DNA of 64,000 bases from Escherichia coli. GTDB lineage: Bacteria; Pseudomonadota; Gammaproteobacteria; Enterobacterales; Enterobacteriaceae. The DNA lies in NCBI RefSeq assembly GCF_048403405.1, contig NZ_CP183129.1. The stretch is one strand, 5' to 3'. The position numbers and the translations under genes are program-made. Shown here one piece after another: positions 45,897 to 58,101 of this stretch (its first letter is position 1; every line of letters begins with the position of its first letter). The notes below the pieces were generated by a model, which saw only the letters and a program-made list of their open reading frames with translations, was not told where the DNA came from and made no database searches.

Positions 45897-46793
45897 TTAT
45901 TCCTTGTCTAAAACCTGACGAATAAAGCCGCCGTGTTGATCCAGGCGTTTTTTAGCTTCTGCGGCATCGAGATTTTTCAGCACCATCACAATGGCCGTTT
46001 TACAGTTGCGCTCGCAGGCAACCAATGCCGCTTCCGCTTGCTCTGCGCTACATCCGGTAGCGTTTTTGACGATATTGACCTGGCGCACATGCAGTTTTTC
46101 GTTGGTGGCGACCACATCGACCATCAGGTTGCCGAACACTTTGCCGGATTTAATCATCAGCCCGGTGGAGAGCATATTGAGCACCAGTTTCTGCGCTGTA
46201 CCTGCTTTCATCCGCGAAGAACCGGTAACCACTTCGGCACCTACAATCGGTGTAATGGCAAACTCTGCGGTGGTTGAAACGGCGCTCCCCGGATTACAGG
46301 AAATTCCCACTGTGCGGCAACCGAGCTGGCGGGCGTATTCCAGTCCGGCAATCACATACGGCGTACGACCGCTGGCGGCAATACCGACCACCACATCCTG
46401 TGCCGTTAAATTAATATTTTTCAGATCGTTAACGCCGCCTTCCCGGCTATCTTCCGCGCCTTCCACCGCGTGCTGAATGGCATATTCGCCGCCAGCAATC
46501 AAACCAACTACCAGGCCCGGTTTCACGCCGTAGGTCGGCGGACATTCACTGGCATCAAGAATACCCAGACGACCAGAGGTCCCCGCACCGATGTAAATCA
46601 GACGGCCGCCGCCGCTCACCTGGGCGTGAATAACATCGATCGCCGCTGCAATATCCGGCAGTACGCGCTCAACGGCGAGTGGTACGGTTTTATCTTCATC
46701 GTTGATAATCCGGCACATTTCCAGCGTCGAAACGCGGTCAATTTCAGCCGAGGCGGCATTCGAGCCTTCGGTAATCATCTTTTCAAGTTGCAT
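45897..46793 (-). CDS. murQ: N-acetylmuramic acid 6-phosphate etherase
   Basis: 298 aa SIS-domain protein, [26 protein letters not shown]...; 3 bp upstream of murP. Confidence 0.92.
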   Translation of the reverse strand: MQLEKMITEGSNAASAEIDRVSTLEMCRIINDEDKTVPLAVERVLPDIAAAIDVIHAQVSGGGRLIYIGAGTSGRLGILDASECPPTYGVKPGLVVGLIAGGEYAIQHAVEGAEDSREGGVNDLKNINLTAQDVVVGIAASGRTPYVIAGLEYARQLGCRTVGISCNPGSAVSTTAEFAITPIVGAEVVTGSSRMKAGTAQKLVLNMLSTGLMIKSGKVFGNLMVDVVATNEKLHVRQVNIVKNATGCSAEQAEAALVACERNCKTAIVMVLKNLDAAEAKKRLDQHGGFIRQVLDKE

Positions 46794-46964
46794 CAGTGGT
46801 GACCTTAGTATTCACAATCAAATAATTGCATATTGATGGAATCATATATCTCAATTTGCTAGTTTTAAAGGAATCATTGAGTCTGAAATCACAGAGTGTG
46901 AAGAGCGTCAAAGGGCAAAATCCGTGTGCTATGCTGCGCGCAGGATGTGGTGAGGGAGTGGAAG

Positions 46965-47822
46965 ATGTTGTACCTGACGAAAATACGCAATGCGGAAAGT
47001 GAATTTACCGAGAACGAGCAAAAAATTGCTGACTTTCTGCGGGCCAACGTGAGTGAGCTGAAATCCGTCTCTTCGCGCAAGATGGCGAAACAGCTCGGCA
47101 TCAGCCAGTCGAGTATTGTGAAGTTTGCCCAGAAGCTCGGTGCGCAAGGATTTACTGAATTGCGTATGGCGTTAATTGGCGAATACAGTGCTAGCCGGGA
47201 GAAAACGAATGCCACGGCGCTGCACCTGCACAGTTCGATTACCAGTGATGATTCGCTGGAAGTGATTGCCCGCAAATTGAATCGCGAAAAAGAGCTGGCG
47301 CTGGAGCAAACCTGTGCGTTGTTCGACTACGCGCGGTTGCAAAAAATCATTGAGGTCATCAGTAAAGCACCGTTTATCCAGATAACGGGCCTGGGTGGGT
47401 CGGCGCTGGTGGGGCGCGATCTTTCATTCAAACTGATGAAAATTGGTTATCGTGTGGCCTGTGAAGCTGACACGCATGTACAAGCCACCGTTTCCCAGGC
47501 GCTGAAAAAAGGCGATGTACAAATCGCTATCTCTTACAGCGGCAGTAAAAAAGAGATTGTCTTGTGCGCCGAGGCAGCGCGAAAGCAGGGGGCAACGGTG
47601 ATTGCCATTACCTCATTAACCGATTCCCCGCTGCGGCGGCTGGCGCATTACACCCTCGATACCGTTTCTGGCGAAACCGAATGGCGCAGCTCGTCGATGT
47701 CCACCCGCACGGCGCAAAATTCTGTTACCGATTTACTGTTTGTTGGCCTTGTGCAACTCAATGATGTGGAGTCATTGAAAATGATTGAGCGCAGCAGTGA
47801 GCTAACGCAACGCCTGAAATGA
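46965..47822 (+). CDS. murR: RpiR-family repressor MurR
   Basis: ATG 46965: [32 protein letters not shown]... (285 aa), HTH + SIS domains; divergent from murQP. The track start is GTG at 46926. Confidence 0.9.
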   Translation: MLYLTKIRNAESEFTENEQKIADFLRANVSELKSVSSRKMAKQLGISQSSIVKFAQKLGAQGFTELRMALIGEYSASREKTNATALHLHSSITSDDSLEVIARKLNREKELALEQTCALFDYARLQKIIEVISKAPFIQITGLGGSALVGRDLSFKLMKIGYRVACEADTHVQATVSQALKKGDVQIAISYSGSKKEIVLCAEAARKQGATVIAITSLTDSPLRRLAHYTLDTVSGETEWRSSSMSTRTAQNSVTDLLFVGLVQLNDVESLKMIERSSELTQRLK

Positions 47823-47950
47823 TGCATAAAGCAGCGACTGGATTGAGATTTTCCTGAATTAGTGAGCTGATCCGCAGCAATATTTTGTTTATCCTGTATT
47901 TTCAGAGGGAATGGAGTGTAACGCTCTGTATTAACAAGGAGAGCATTAAA

Positions 47951-48742
47951 ATGGGTAAACTCACGGGCAAGACAGCACTGATTACGGGCGCATTGCAGGG
48001 AATTGGCGAAGGAATTGCCAGAACTTTTGCGCGTCATGGCGCAAACCTAATCTTGCTGGATATCTCCCCTGAGATCGAAAAGCTGGCGGACGAACTGTGT
48101 GGTCGTGGTCATCGCTGTACGGCGGTTGTCGCCGATGTGCGTGACCCGGCGTCGGTCGCCGCAGCTATCAAGCGCGCGAAGGAAAAAGAAGGGCGCATTG
48201 ATATCCTGGTGAATAACGCAGGCGTTTGTCGTCTGGGCAGTTTCCTCGATATGAGCGATGAAGATCGCGATTTCCATATTGATATCAATATTAAAGGCGT
48301 ATGGAACGTCACGAAGGCGGTGCTGCCGGAGATGATTGCCCGCAAAGATGGCCGCATTGTGATGATGTCTTCGGTCACCGGCGATATGGTGGCGGACCCA
48401 GGTGAAACGGCGTATGCCTTAACGAAAGCGGCGATTGTTGGCCTGACTAAGTCGCTGGCGGTGGAGTACGCGCAGTCTGGTATTCGCGTTAACGCCATCT
48501 GCCCGGGATACGTTCGCACGCCAATGGCGGAAAGCATTGCCCGCCAGTCGAACCCGGAAGATCCAGAATCGGTGCTGACTGAAATGGCAAAAGCAATCCC
48601 GATGCGTCGCCTCGCCGATCCGCTGGAAGTCGGCGAACTGGCAGCCTTCCTCGCATCGGATGAATCAAGTTATTTAACCGGTACACAGAATGTGATTGAT
48701 GGCGGCAGCACACTGCCGGAGACGGTTAGCGTCGGCATTTGA
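47951..48742 (+). CDS. ucpA: short-chain dehydrogenase/reductase UcpA
   Basis: ATG 47951: MGKLTGKTALITGALQGIGEGIA... (263 aa), SDR Rossmann motif. Confidence 0.9.
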   Translation: MGKLTGKTALITGALQGIGEGIARTFARHGANLILLDISPEIEKLADELCGRGHRCTAVVADVRDPASVAAAIKRAKEKEGRIDILVNNAGVCRLGSFLDMSDEDRDFHIDINIKGVWNVTKAVLPEMIARKDGRIVMMSSVTGDMVADPGETAYALTKAAIVGLTKSLAVEYAQSGIRVNAICPGYVRTPMAESIARQSNPEDPESVLTEMAKAIPMRRLADPLEVGELAAFLASDESSYLTGTQNVIDGGSTLPETVSVGI

Positions 48743-48754
48743 TTCACCTCTGTT

Positions 48755-48787
48755 TCCTCCCTGCATTTGTGGGGAGGATTTCGTCTT
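48755..48787 (+). terminator. candidate terminator after ucpA
   Basis: TCCTCCC-10 nt loop-GGGAGGA followed by TTTCGTCTT; U-tract is weak. Confidence 0.5.
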
Positions 48788-48912
48788 GAACCCGGTTCTT
48801 ATTCCCTTTTCAACTTCCAAATCACCAAACGGTATATAAAACCGTTACTCCTTTCACGTCCGTTATAAATATGATGGCTCTTAGAAAGTCATTAAATTTA
48901 TAAGGGTGCGCA

Positions 48913-49929
48913 ATGGCCGTTAACTTACTGAAAAAGAACTCACTCGCGCTGGTCGCTTCTCTGCTGCTGGCGGGCCATGTACAGGCAACGGAACTGCTGA
49001 ACAGTTCTTATGACGTCTCCCGCGAGCTGTTTGCCGCCCTGAACCCGCCGTTTGAGCAACAATGGGCCAAAGATAACGGCGGCGACAAACTGACGATAAA
49101 ACAATCTCATGCCGGGTCATCAAAACAGGCGCTGGCGATTTTGCAGGGCTTAAAAGCCGACGTTGTCACTTATAACCAGGTGACTGACGTACAAATCCTG
49201 CACGACAAAGGCAAGCTGATCCCGGCCGACTGGCAAACGCGCCTGCCGAATAACAGCTCTCCGTTCTACTCCACCATGGGTTTCCTGGTGCGTAAGGGCA
49301 ACCCGAAAAATATCCACGACTGGAACGATCTGGTGCGCTCCGACGTGAAGCTGATTTTCCCGAACCCGAAAACGTCGGGTAACGCACGTTACACCTATCT
49401 GGCGGCATGGGGTGCAGCGGATAAAGCTGACGGTGGCGACAAAGCCAAAACCGAACAGTTTATGACCCAGTTCCTGAAAAACGTTGAAGTGTTCGATACC
49501 GGTGGCCGTGGCGCGACCACCACCTTTGCCGAGCGCGGGCTGGGCGATGTGCTGATTAGCTTCGAATCGGAAGTGAACAACATCCGCAAACAGTATGAAG
49601 CGCAGGGCTTTGAAGTGGTGATTCCGAAAACCAACATTCTGGCGGAATTCCCGGTGGCGTGGGTCGATAAAAACGTGCAGGCCAACGGTACGGAAAAAGC
49701 AGCAAAAGCCTACCTGAACTGGCTCTACAGCCCGCAGGCGCAGACCATCATCACCGACTATTACTACCGCGTAAATAACCCGGAAGTCATGGACAAACTG
49801 AAAGACAAATTCCCGCAGACCGAACTGTTCCGCGTGGAAGACAAATTTGGCTCCTGGCCGGAAGTGATGAAAACCCACTTCACCAGCGGCGGCGAGTTAG
49901 ACAAGCTGTTAGCGGCGGGGCGTAATTAA
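48913..49929 (+). CDS. cysP: periplasmic thiosulfate-binding protein
   Basis: 338 aa with signal peptide ([25 protein letters not shown]). Confidence 0.93.
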   Translation: MAVNLLKKNSLALVASLLLAGHVQATELLNSSYDVSRELFAALNPPFEQQWAKDNGGDKLTIKQSHAGSSKQALAILQGLKADVVTYNQVTDVQILHDKGKLIPADWQTRLPNNSSPFYSTMGFLVRKGNPKNIHDWNDLVRSDVKLIFPNPKTSGNARYTYLAAWGAADKADGGDKAKTEQFMTQFLKNVEVFDTGGRGATTTFAERGLGDVLISFESEVNNIRKQYEAQGFEVVIPKTNILAEFPVAWVDKNVQANGTEKAAKAYLNWLYSPQAQTIITDYYYRVNNPEVMDKLKDKFPQTELFRVEDKFGSWPEVMKTHFTSGGELDKLLAAGRN

Positions 49930-50762
49930 TGTTTGCAGTTTCATCAAGACGCGTGCTGCCGGGCTTTACCTTAAGCCTCGGCACCAGTCTGCTGTTTGTG
50001 TGCCTGATTTTGCTGCTGCCGCTCTCCGCGCTGGTGATGCAGCTGGCTCAGATGAGCTGGGCGCAGTACTGGGAGGTGATCACCAACCCACAAGTGGTCG
50101 CGGCCTACAAAGTGACGCTGCTGTCAGCGTTTGTCGCGTCGATTTTTAACGGCGTTTTCGGTTTGCTGATGGCGTGGATCTTAACCCGCTATCGCTTTCC
50201 GGGCCGCACGCTGCTTGATGCGCTGATGGATTTACCCTTTGCGCTGCCAACGGCAGTCGCCGGTTTGACGCTGGCCTCGCTCTTTTCCGTGAACGGTTTT
50301 TACGGTGAATGGCTGGCGAAGTTTGATATCAAAGTCACCTATACCTGGCTGGGGATTGCGGTGGCGATGGCCTTTACCAGCATTCCGTTTGTGGTGCGTA
50401 CCGTGCAGCCGGTGCTGGAAGAGTTAGGCCCGGAATATGAAGAAGCGGCGGAAACGCTCGGCGCAACGCGCTGGCAGAGTTTCTGCAAAGTGGTGCTGCC
50501 GGAGCTATCTCCGGCGCTGGTGGCGGGCGTGGCGCTGTCGTTTACCCGTAGTCTTGGTGAATTTGGCGCGGTGATTTTTATCGCCGGGAACATCGCCTGG
50601 AAGACAGAAGTGACGTCGCTGATGATTTTTGTTCGCTTACAGGAGTTTGATTACCCGGCGGCGAGCGCGATTGCTTCGGTGATCCTCGCGGCATCCCTGC
50701 TGCTGCTGTTCTCAATTAACACTCTGCAAAGTCGCTTTGGTCGGCGTGTGGTAGGTCATTAA
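49929..50762 (+). CDS. cysU: sulfate/thiosulfate ABC transporter permease CysU (CysT)
   Basis: 277 aa permease; start overlaps the cysP stop. Confidence 0.92.
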   Translation: MFAVSSRRVLPGFTLSLGTSLLFVCLILLLPLSALVMQLAQMSWAQYWEVITNPQVVAAYKVTLLSAFVASIFNGVFGLLMAWILTRYRFPGRTLLDALMDLPFALPTAVAGLTLASLFSVNGFYGEWLAKFDIKVTYTWLGIAVAMAFTSIPFVVRTVQPVLEELGPEYEEAAETLGATRWQSFCKVVLPELSPALVAGVALSFTRSLGEFGAVIFIAGNIAWKTEVTSLMIFVRLQEFDYPAASAIASVILAASLLLLFSINTLQSRFGRRVVGH

Positions 50763-51637
50763 TGGCGGAAGTGACACAGTTGAAGCGTTATGACGCGCGC
50801 CCGATTAACTGGGGCAAATGGTTTCTGATTGGCATCGGGATGCTGGTTTCGGCGTTCATCCTGCTGGTGCCGATGATTTACATCTTTGTGCAGGCGTTCA
50901 GTAAAGGGCTGATGCCAGTTTTACAGAATCTGGCCGATCCGGACATGCTGCACGCCATCTGGCTGACGGTGATGATTGCGCTGATTGCCGTGCCGGTGAA
51001 CCTGGTGTTCGGCATTCTGCTGGCATGGCTGGTGACGCGCTTTAACTTCCCCGGACGCCAGTTGCTGCTGACGCTGCTGGACATTCCGTTTGCCGTGTCG
51101 CCGGTGGTTGCCGGTCTGGTGTATCTGCTGTTTTACGGCTCTAACGGCCCGCTCGGCGGCTGGCTGGATGAACATAATCTGCAAATTATGTTCTCCTGGC
51201 CGGGAATGGTGCTGGTCACCATCTTCGTGACGTGTCCGTTTGTGGTGCGTGAGCTGGTGCCGGTGATGTTAAGCCAGGGCAGCCAGGAAGACGAAGCGGC
51301 GATTTTGCTGGGCGCATCTGGCTGGCAGATGTTTCGCCGCGTCACGCTGCCGAACATCCGCTGGGCGCTGCTTTATGGCGTGGTGCTGACCAACGCCCGC
51401 GCGATTGGCGAGTTTGGTGCGGTGTCGGTGGTTTCCGGCTCGATTCGCGGCGAAACACTTTCGCTGCCGTTACAGATTGAATTGCTGGAGCAAGACTACA
51501 ACACCGTCGGCTCCTTTACCGCTGCCGCGTTGTTGACGCTGATGGCGATTATCACCCTGTTTTTAAAGAGTATGTTGCAGTGGCGTCTGGAGAATCAGGA
51601 AAAACGCGCGCAGCAGGAGGAACATCATGAGCATTGA
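50762..51637 (+). CDS. cysW: sulfate/thiosulfate ABC transporter permease CysW
   Basis: 291 aa permease; start overlaps the cysU stop. Confidence 0.92.
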   Translation: MAEVTQLKRYDARPINWGKWFLIGIGMLVSAFILLVPMIYIFVQAFSKGLMPVLQNLADPDMLHAIWLTVMIALIAVPVNLVFGILLAWLVTRFNFPGRQLLLTLLDIPFAVSPVVAGLVYLLFYGSNGPLGGWLDEHNLQIMFSWPGMVLVTIFVTCPFVVRELVPVMLSQGSQEDEAAILLGASGWQMFRRVTLPNIRWALLYGVVLTNARAIGEFGAVSVVSGSIRGETLSLPLQIELLEQDYNTVGSFTAAALLTLMAIITLFLKSMLQWRLENQEKRAQQEEHHEH

Positions 51638-52724
51638 GATTGCCAATATTAAGAAGTCTTTTGGTCGCACCCAGGTGCTGAACGATATCTCACTGGATAT
51701 TCCTTCTGGTCAGATGGTCGCGTTGCTGGGGCCGTCCGGTTCCGGGAAAACCACGCTGCTGCGCATTATCGCCGGGCTGGAGCATCAAACCAGCGGGCAT
51801 ATTCGCTTCCACGGCACCGACGTCAGCCGCCTGCATGCGCGCGATCGTAAAGTTGGTTTCGTGTTCCAGCACTATGCGCTGTTCCGCCATATGACGGTGT
51901 TCGACAATATCGCTTTCGGCCTGACGGTGCTGCCGCGTCGCGAGCGCCCGAATGCCGCAGCCATCAAAGCGAAAGTGACAAAATTGCTGGAGATGGTGCA
52001 GCTTGCGCATCTGGCGGATCGTTATCCGGCACAGCTTTCCGGCGGGCAGAAACAGCGCGTGGCGCTGGCGCGTGCGCTCGCTGTGGAACCGCAAATTCTG
52101 CTGCTTGATGAACCGTTTGGCGCGCTGGATGCGCAGGTGCGTAAAGAGCTGCGTCGCTGGCTGCGTCAGTTACATGAAGAGCTGAAATTCACCAGCGTGT
52201 TTGTGACCCATGACCAGGAAGAAGCGACCGAAGTAGCCGATCGTGTAGTGGTGATGAGCCAGGGCAATATCGAGCAGGCTGATGCACCGGACCAGGTATG
52301 GCGCGAACCAGCGACCCGTTTTGTACTCGAATTTATGGGCGAAGTGAACCGCCTGCAGGGAACCATTCGCGGCGGGCAGTTCCATGTTGGCGCGCATCGC
52401 TGGCCGCTGGGCTATACACCTGCGTATCAGGGGCCGGTGGATCTCTTCCTTCGTCCGTGGGAAGTGGATATCAGCCGCCGTACCAGCCTCGATTCGCCGC
52501 TGCCGGTACAGGTACTGGAAGCCAGCCCGAAAGGCCACTACACCCAATTAGTTGTGCAGCCGCTGGGGTGGTACAACGAACCGCTGACGGTTGTGATGCA
52601 TGGCGACGATGCCCCGCAGCGTGGCGAGCGTTTATTCGTTGGTCTGCAACATGCGCGGCTGTATAACGGCGACGAGCGTATTGAAACCCGCGATGAGGAA
52701 CTTGCTCTCGCACAAAGCGCCTGA
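51627..52724 (+). CDS. cysA: sulfate/thiosulfate ABC transporter ATP-binding protein
   Basis: 365 aa; Walker [13 protein letters not shown] signature LSGGQKQR. Confidence 0.93.
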   Translation: MSIEIANIKKSFGRTQVLNDISLDIPSGQMVALLGPSGSGKTTLLRIIAGLEHQTSGHIRFHGTDVSRLHARDRKVGFVFQHYALFRHMTVFDNIAFGLTVLPRRERPNAAAIKAKVTKLLEMVQLAHLADRYPAQLSGGQKQRVALARALAVEPQILLLDEPFGALDAQVRKELRRWLRQLHEELKFTSVFVTHDQEEATEVADRVVVMSQGNIEQADAPDQVWREPATRFVLEFMGEVNRLQGTIRGGQFHVGAHRWPLGYTPAYQGPVDLFLRPWEVDISRRTSLDSPLPVQVLEASPKGHYTQLVVQPLGWYNEPLTVVMHGDDAPQRGERLFVGLQHARLYNGDERIETRDEELALAQSA

Positions 52725-52745
52725 TAGGTTGAGTGAATGTTAAAC

Positions 52746-52778
52746 GCCCGGAGGCGCTTCCCGCGATCCGGGCTTTTT
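52746..52778 (+). terminator. terminator-like hairpin between cysA and cysM
   Basis: GCCCGGA-14 nt loop-TCCGGGC followed by TTTTT, 22 bp after the cysA stop. Confidence 0.6.
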
Positions 52779-52802
52779 AATGGCAAGGTTTGTAACCTGT
52801 AG

Positions 52803-52834
52803 GCCTGATAAGACGCGCAAGCGTCGCATCAGGC
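52803..52834. repeat. REP-type palindromic unit upstream of cysM
   Basis: GCCTGATAAGACGCGCAAGCGTCGCATCAGGC, an imperfect REP-family palindrome. Confidence 0.65.
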
Positions 52835-52857
52835 AACACCACGTATGGACAGAGATC

Positions 52858-53769
52858 GTGAGTACATTAGAACAAACAATTGGCAATACGCCTCTGGTGA
52901 AGTTGCAGCGAATGGGGCCGAATAACGGCAGTGAAATCTGGTTGAAACTGGAAGGCAATAACCCGGCAGGTTCGGTGAAAGATCGTGCGGCGCTTTCGAT
53001 GATCGTCGAGGCGGAAAAGCGCGGGGAAATTAAACCGGGTGATGTGTTAATCGAAGCCACCAGTGGTAACACCGGCATTGCGCTGGCAATGATTGCCGCG
53101 CTTAAAGGCTATCGCATGAAATTGCTGATGCCCGACAACATGAGCCAGGAACGCCGTGCGGCGATGCGTGCTTATGGTGCGGAACTGATTCTTGTCACCA
53201 AAGAGCAGGGCATGGAAGGTGCGCGCGATCTGGCGCTGGAGATGGCGAATCGTGGCGAAGGAAAGCTGCTCGATCAGTTCAATAATCCCGATAACCCTTA
53301 CGCCCATTACACCACTACCGGGCCGGAAATCTGGCAGCAAACTGGCGGGCGCATTACCCATTTTGTCTCCAGCATGGGAACAACCGGCACCATCACCGGC
53401 GTGTCACGCTTTATGCGCGAACAATCCAAACCGGTGACCATTGTCGGCCTGCAACCGGAAGAGGGCAGCAGCATTCCCGGCATTCGCCGCTGGCCTGCGG
53501 AATATCTGCCGGGGATTTTCAACGCTTCGCTGGTGGATGAGGTGCTGGATATTCATCAGAGCGATGCGGAAAACACCATGCGTGAACTGGCGGTGCGGGA
53601 AGGAATATTCTGTGGCGTTAGCTCCGGCGGCGCGGTTGCCGGAGCACTGCGCGTGGCAAAAGCTAACCCCGGCGCGGTGGTTGTGGCGATCATCTGCGAT
53701 CGCGGCGATCGCTACCTCTCCACCGGCGTGTTTGGGGAAGAACACTTTAGCCAGGGGGCGGGGATTTAA
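52858..53769 (+). CDS. cysM: cysteine synthase B (O-acetylserine sulfhydrylase B)
   Basis: GTG start 52858: (M)STLEQTIGNTPLVKLQRMGP... (303 aa), PLP enzyme; the track ORF from 52780 runs through the REP/terminator and is unlikely to be translated. Confidence 0.9.
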   Translation: MSTLEQTIGNTPLVKLQRMGPNNGSEIWLKLEGNNPAGSVKDRAALSMIVEAEKRGEIKPGDVLIEATSGNTGIALAMIAALKGYRMKLLMPDNMSQERRAAMRAYGAELILVTKEQGMEGARDLALEMANRGEGKLLDQFNNPDNPYAHYTTTGPEIWQQTGGRITHFVSSMGTTGTITGVSRFMREQSKPVTIVGLQPEEGSSIPGIRRWPAEYLPGIFNASLVDEVLDIHQSDAENTMRELAVREGIFCGVSSGGAVAGALRVAKANPGAVVVAIICDRGDRYLSTGVFGEEHFSQGAGI

Positions 53770-53771
53770 GA

Positions 53772-54231
<460 letters not shown>

Positions 54232-54244
54232 GAGAAAAAATTAA

Positions 54245-55096
54245 ATGAGTAGTTTGTTGTTGTTTAACGATAAGAGCAGGGCATTGCAGGCGGATATCGT
54301 CGCCGTGCAGTCGCAGGTAGTGTACGGCAGCGTAGGCAACAGCATTGCGGTGCCTGCTATAAAACAGAACGGCTTGAATGTCTTTGCCGTGCCGACTGTA
54401 TTGCTGAGCAATACACCGCATTATGACACTTTCTACGGTGGTGCGATTCCGGACGAATGGTTTAGCGGCTATTTGCGTGCGCTTCAGGAGCGTGATGCGC
54501 TGCGCCAACTTCAAGCAGTAACCACGGGCTATATGGGAACGGCATCGCAAATCAAAATCCTTGCCGAGTGGCTGATTGCGCTACGCAAAGACCATCCTGA
54601 CTTATTGATTATGGTCGATCCGGTGATTGGCGATATTGATAGCGGAATTTATGTCAAACCTGACCTTCCCGAGGCATATCGACAATATTTACTGCCTCTG
54701 GCGCAGGGAATTACGCCAAATATCTTTGAGCTGGAAATTCTGACAGGTAAAAATTGCCGCGATCTCGACAGCGCCATTGCTGCCGCAAAAAGTCTGCTTT
54801 CAGACACATTAAAATGGGTGGTGATTACCAGCGCCTCCGGTAACGAAGAAAATCAGGAGATGCAGGTGGTGGTGGTCAGTGCCGACAGCGCGAATGTTAT
54901 TTCCCATTCTCGGGTAAAAACGGACCTTAAAGGAACAGGAGATCTGTTTTGCGCCCAGCTTATCAGTGGCTTGTTGAAAGGTAAGAAATTAACTGACGCG
55001 GTACATAGCGCGGGATTACGCGTGCTGGAGGTGATGCGCTATACCCAGCAGCATGGCAGTGATGAATTGATTTTGCCGCCCCTGACGGAAGCATAA
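54245..55096 (+). CDS. pdxK: pyridoxal/pyridoxine/pyridoxamine kinase
   Basis: 283 aa, [33 protein letters not shown]...; ribokinase-like fold. Confidence 0.92.
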   Translation: MSSLLLFNDKSRALQADIVAVQSQVVYGSVGNSIAVPAIKQNGLNVFAVPTVLLSNTPHYDTFYGGAIPDEWFSGYLRALQERDALRQLQAVTTGYMGTASQIKILAEWLIALRKDHPDLLIMVDPVIGDIDSGIYVKPDLPEAYRQYLLPLAQGITPNIFELEILTGKNCRDLDSAIAAAKSLLSDTLKWVVITSASGNEENQEMQVVVVSADSANVISHSRVKTDLKGTGDLFCAQLISGLLKGKKLTDAVHSAGLRVLEVMRYTQQHGSDELILPPLTEA

Positions 55097-55124
55097 AAAA
55101 ATGGCGCCCATCGGCGCCATTTTT
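55095..55124. terminator. bidirectional intrinsic terminator between pdxK (+) and crr (-)
   Basis: AAAAAA-ATGGCGCC-catc-GGCGCCAT-TTTT; perfect 8-bp stem. Confidence 0.8.
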
Positions 55125-55138
55125 CACTGCGGCAAGAA

Positions 55139-55648
55139 TTACTTCTTGATGCGGATAACCGGAGTTTCACCCACAGTTACGCTACCGGACAGTTTGATCA
55201 GTTCTTTGATTTCGTCCATGTTGGAGATAACAACCGGAGTCAGGGTAGACTTGGCTTTCTCTTCCAGCAGCGGCAGATCAAATTCAATGACAGTATCGCC
55301 AACTTTCACGCGCTGACCTTCTTCAGCAATACGCTTGAAGCCTTCGCCTTTCAGTTCAACGGTGTCGATACCGAAGTGGACGAACAGTTCAACGCCGCTA
55401 TCAGATTCGATAGAGAACGCGTGGTTGGTTTCAAAGATTTTACCAATGGTGCCGTCTACAGGCGCGACCATTTTGTTACCCGTTGGTTTGATAGCAATAC
55501 CATCACCAACGATTTTTTCCGCAAAAACGACATCCGGCACGTCTTCGATATTGACGATCTCGCCAGAGAGCGGAGCAATGATCTCAATAGTTCCGGTATC
55601 CTTCTTGTCGTCGGAAACCAGAGATTTCAGTTTATCGAACAAACCCAT
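55139..55648 (-). CDS. crr: PTS glucose-specific EIIA component
   Basis: 169 aa, [50 protein letters not shown]... Confidence 0.96.
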
Positions 55649-55688
55649 GATCTTCTCCTAAGCAGTAAATTGGGCCGCATCTCGTGGA

Positions 55689-57416
55689 TTAGCAGATTGT
55701 TTTTTCTTCAATGAACTTGTTAACCAGCGTCATTAACTCGTCCGTTGTCGGTTGAGCAAGAGCCTGCTCTGCTAACACCTTCGCATCTTCGAAGTTCGTG
55801 TTACGGATAATCTTCTTAATGCGCGGGATAGAAATGGCGCTCATAGAGAATTCGTCCAGACCCATCCCCAGCAACAGAAGTGTAGCACGTTCATCGCCAG
55901 CAAGCTCACCACACATGCCAGTCCATTTGCCTTCAGCATGAGAAGCATCAATAACTTGCTTGATCAAGTTCAGCACGGACGGTGACATTGGCTGGTAAAG
56001 GTGTGAAATCATATCATTACCACGGTCAACTGCCAGAGTGTACTGCGTTAAATCATTGGTGCCGATACTAAAGAAATCAACTTCTTTGGCTAAATGACGT
56101 GCAATTGTTGCGGCAGCCGGTGTTTCCACCATTACGCCGATTTCAATTGACTCGTCAAACGCTTTACCTTCGTCGCGCAGTTCCTGTTTGTAGATTTCGA
56201 TCTCTTTGCGCAGTGCACGCACTTCTTCAACAGAGATGATCATCGGGAACATAATGCGCAATTTACCGAAAGCCGAGGCACGCAGGATAGCGCGGAGCTG
56301 ATCGCGCAGGATCTCTTTACGATCCATCGCGATACGGATAGCGCGCCAGCCGAGGAACGGGTTCTCTTCTTTCGGGAAGTTCATGTATGGCAGCTCTTTG
56401 TCGCCGCCGATGTCCATGGTACGAACGATAACCGCCTGCGAGCCACACGCTTCAGCCACTGCTTTGTAAGCAGCAAACTGTTCTTCTTCAGTGGGCAGCG
56501 CGTCGCGGTCCATGAACAGAAACTCAGTACGATACAGACCAACGCCTTCAGCGCCGTTACGCTCTGCACCTTCAACGTCACGAACCGTACCAATGTTAGC
56601 GCACACTTCGACCTGGTGACCGTCCAGCGTAATAGCTGGCAGATCTTTCAGTTTAGCAAGCTCTGCTTTTTCAGAAGCCACTTGCTCCTGAACAGCGCGC
56701 ATTTTATCAATAACTTCGTTGGTTGGATTGACGTAAACCTGATTATTTACGGCATCCAGAATCAGATAGTCGTCATTTTTCACCTGAGAGGTGACGCTAC
56801 CGGTACCCACGATAGCAGGCAGTTCCAGAGAACGCGCCATGATAGAGGTGTGGGAAGTACGGCCACCCGCGTCGGTGATGAAACCCAGCACCTTCTTCAG
56901 GTTCAGCTGTGCAGTTTCGGACGGCGTCAGGTCAGCGGCAACCAGAATGACTTCATCCTGAATGGCGCTCAGGTCGATAATCTTCAGGCCCAGGATGTTG
57001 CGCAGCAGGCGCTTACCGATATCACGTACGTCAGCCGCACGTTCTTTCAGGTATTCATCATCCAGCTCTTCCAGGGCAGAAGCCTGACCTTCGATAACTT
57101 CATGAGCAGCTGCGTCAGCTGTCATGTGCTTATCTTTAATCAGGGCTATGATTTCCTGCTCCAGCTCCTCATCTTCGAGCAGCATAATATGCCCTTCAAA
57201 GATGGCTTCTTTTTCTTCACCGAACGTTTCACCAGCTTTCGTTTTGATCGTTTCCAGCTGGGCTGATGCCTTGGCACGACCGCTCAGAAAACGTTCAACT
57301 TCCTGATCAACCTGGTCGGCAGAAATTTTTTTCCGGTCAATGACAATTTCGTCTTCTTTCAGAAGCAGAGCTTTACCGAAAGCGATACCCGGGGATGCTA
57401 AAATGCCTGAAATCAT
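55689..57416 (-). CDS. ptsI: PTS enzyme I
   Basis: 575 aa, [43 protein letters not shown]... Confidence 0.96.
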   Translation of the reverse strand: MISGILASPGIAFGKALLLKEDEIVIDRKKISADQVDQEVERFLSGRAKASAQLETIKTKAGETFGEEKEAIFEGHIMLLEDEELEQEIIALIKDKHMTADAAAHEVIEGQASALEELDDEYLKERAADVRDIGKRLLRNILGLKIIDLSAIQDEVILVAADLTPSETAQLNLKKVLGFITDAGGRTSHTSIMARSLELPAIVGTGSVTSQVKNDDYLILDAVNNQVYVNPTNEVIDKMRAVQEQVASEKAELAKLKDLPAITLDGHQVEVCANIGTVRDVEGAERNGAEGVGLYRTEFLFMDRDALPTEEEQFAAYKAVAEACGSQAVIVRTMDIGGDKELPYMNFPKEENPFLGWRAIRIAMDRKEILRDQLRAILRASAFGKLRIMFPMIISVEEVRALRKEIEIYKQELRDEGKAFDESIEIGVMVETPAAATIARHLAKEVDFFSIGTNDLTQYTLAVDRGNDMISHLYQPMSPSVLNLIKQVIDASHAEGKWTGMCGELAGDERATLLLLGMGLDEFSMSAISIPRIKKIIRNTNFEDAKVLAEQALAQPTTDELMTLVNKFIEEKTIC

Positions 57417-57460
57417 AACCCTACCTTACTTGTGACTGATTTTTAAAAGAACCCGGGAAA

Positions 57461-57718
57461 TTACTCGAGTTCCGCCATCAGTTTAACCAGATGTTCAACC
57501 GCTTTCTGCTCGTCTTCGCCTTCTGCGGAGATAGTCACAACGGTACCTTGAGTCAGGCCCAGAGTCTGCAGTTTAAACAGGCTTTTCGCGCTGGCGCTTT
57601 TGCCGTTGGAAGTCACAGTAATTTCAGAAGTGAAGCCCTTAGCTTCTTTTACAAACTGGGCAGCAGGGCGGGTGTGCAGACCGTTCGGAGCGGTAATGGT
57701 AACTTCTTGCTGGAACAT
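57461..57718 (-). CDS. ptsH: phosphocarrier protein HPr
   Basis: 85 aa, [29 protein letters not shown]... (His15 context). Confidence 0.96.
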
Positions 57719-57956
57719 TGTATTTCCCCAACTTATAGGTTTAGTGTTGTGGAACTAAAGTCTAGCCTGGCGGTTCGACTTTAGCCTGTATTGTTAGCGC
57801 CAGTTTTTAACAGACGCGACGCACGAAGAGCGCAATACAGTCCATTGCTGGCGGGTGTTGACCGCTGACGTTTCGTACGTCATTAAACATTATGCCGCTA
57901 AAGGAAGAATTGAACCAAATCATAAAATCGATTCAGCTTTGGCTTTTCCTGTAACG

Positions 57957-57980
57957 ATTAATTTCGCGCATCAAAATAAT
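57957..57980 (-). promoter_or_regulatory. candidate Mlc/NagC-type operator in the ptsH upstream region
   Basis: ATTAATTTCGCGCATCAAAATAAT: AT-rich arms around a central CGCG, about 240 bp upstream of ptsH. Consensus recalled from memory only. Confidence 0.3.
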
Positions 57981-58051
57981 TAGTCTGGTTAAATACCAGT
58001 TCCGACAGGCTGAATCAATGCCAGGAGGGGCGAAAGTTTGAAGCAGGCCAC

Positions 58052-58080
58052 AAAAAAGCACCTGAAAAGGTGCTTTTTTA
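58052..58080 (-). terminator. intrinsic terminator after cysK (hairpin usable in both directions)
   Basis: Minus strand: AAGCACC-ttttc-AGGTGCTT followed by TTTTGTGG, 22 bp after the cysK stop. Confidence 0.75.
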
Positions 58081-58101
58081 CGCATTTTTAACAAGCTGGC
58101 A

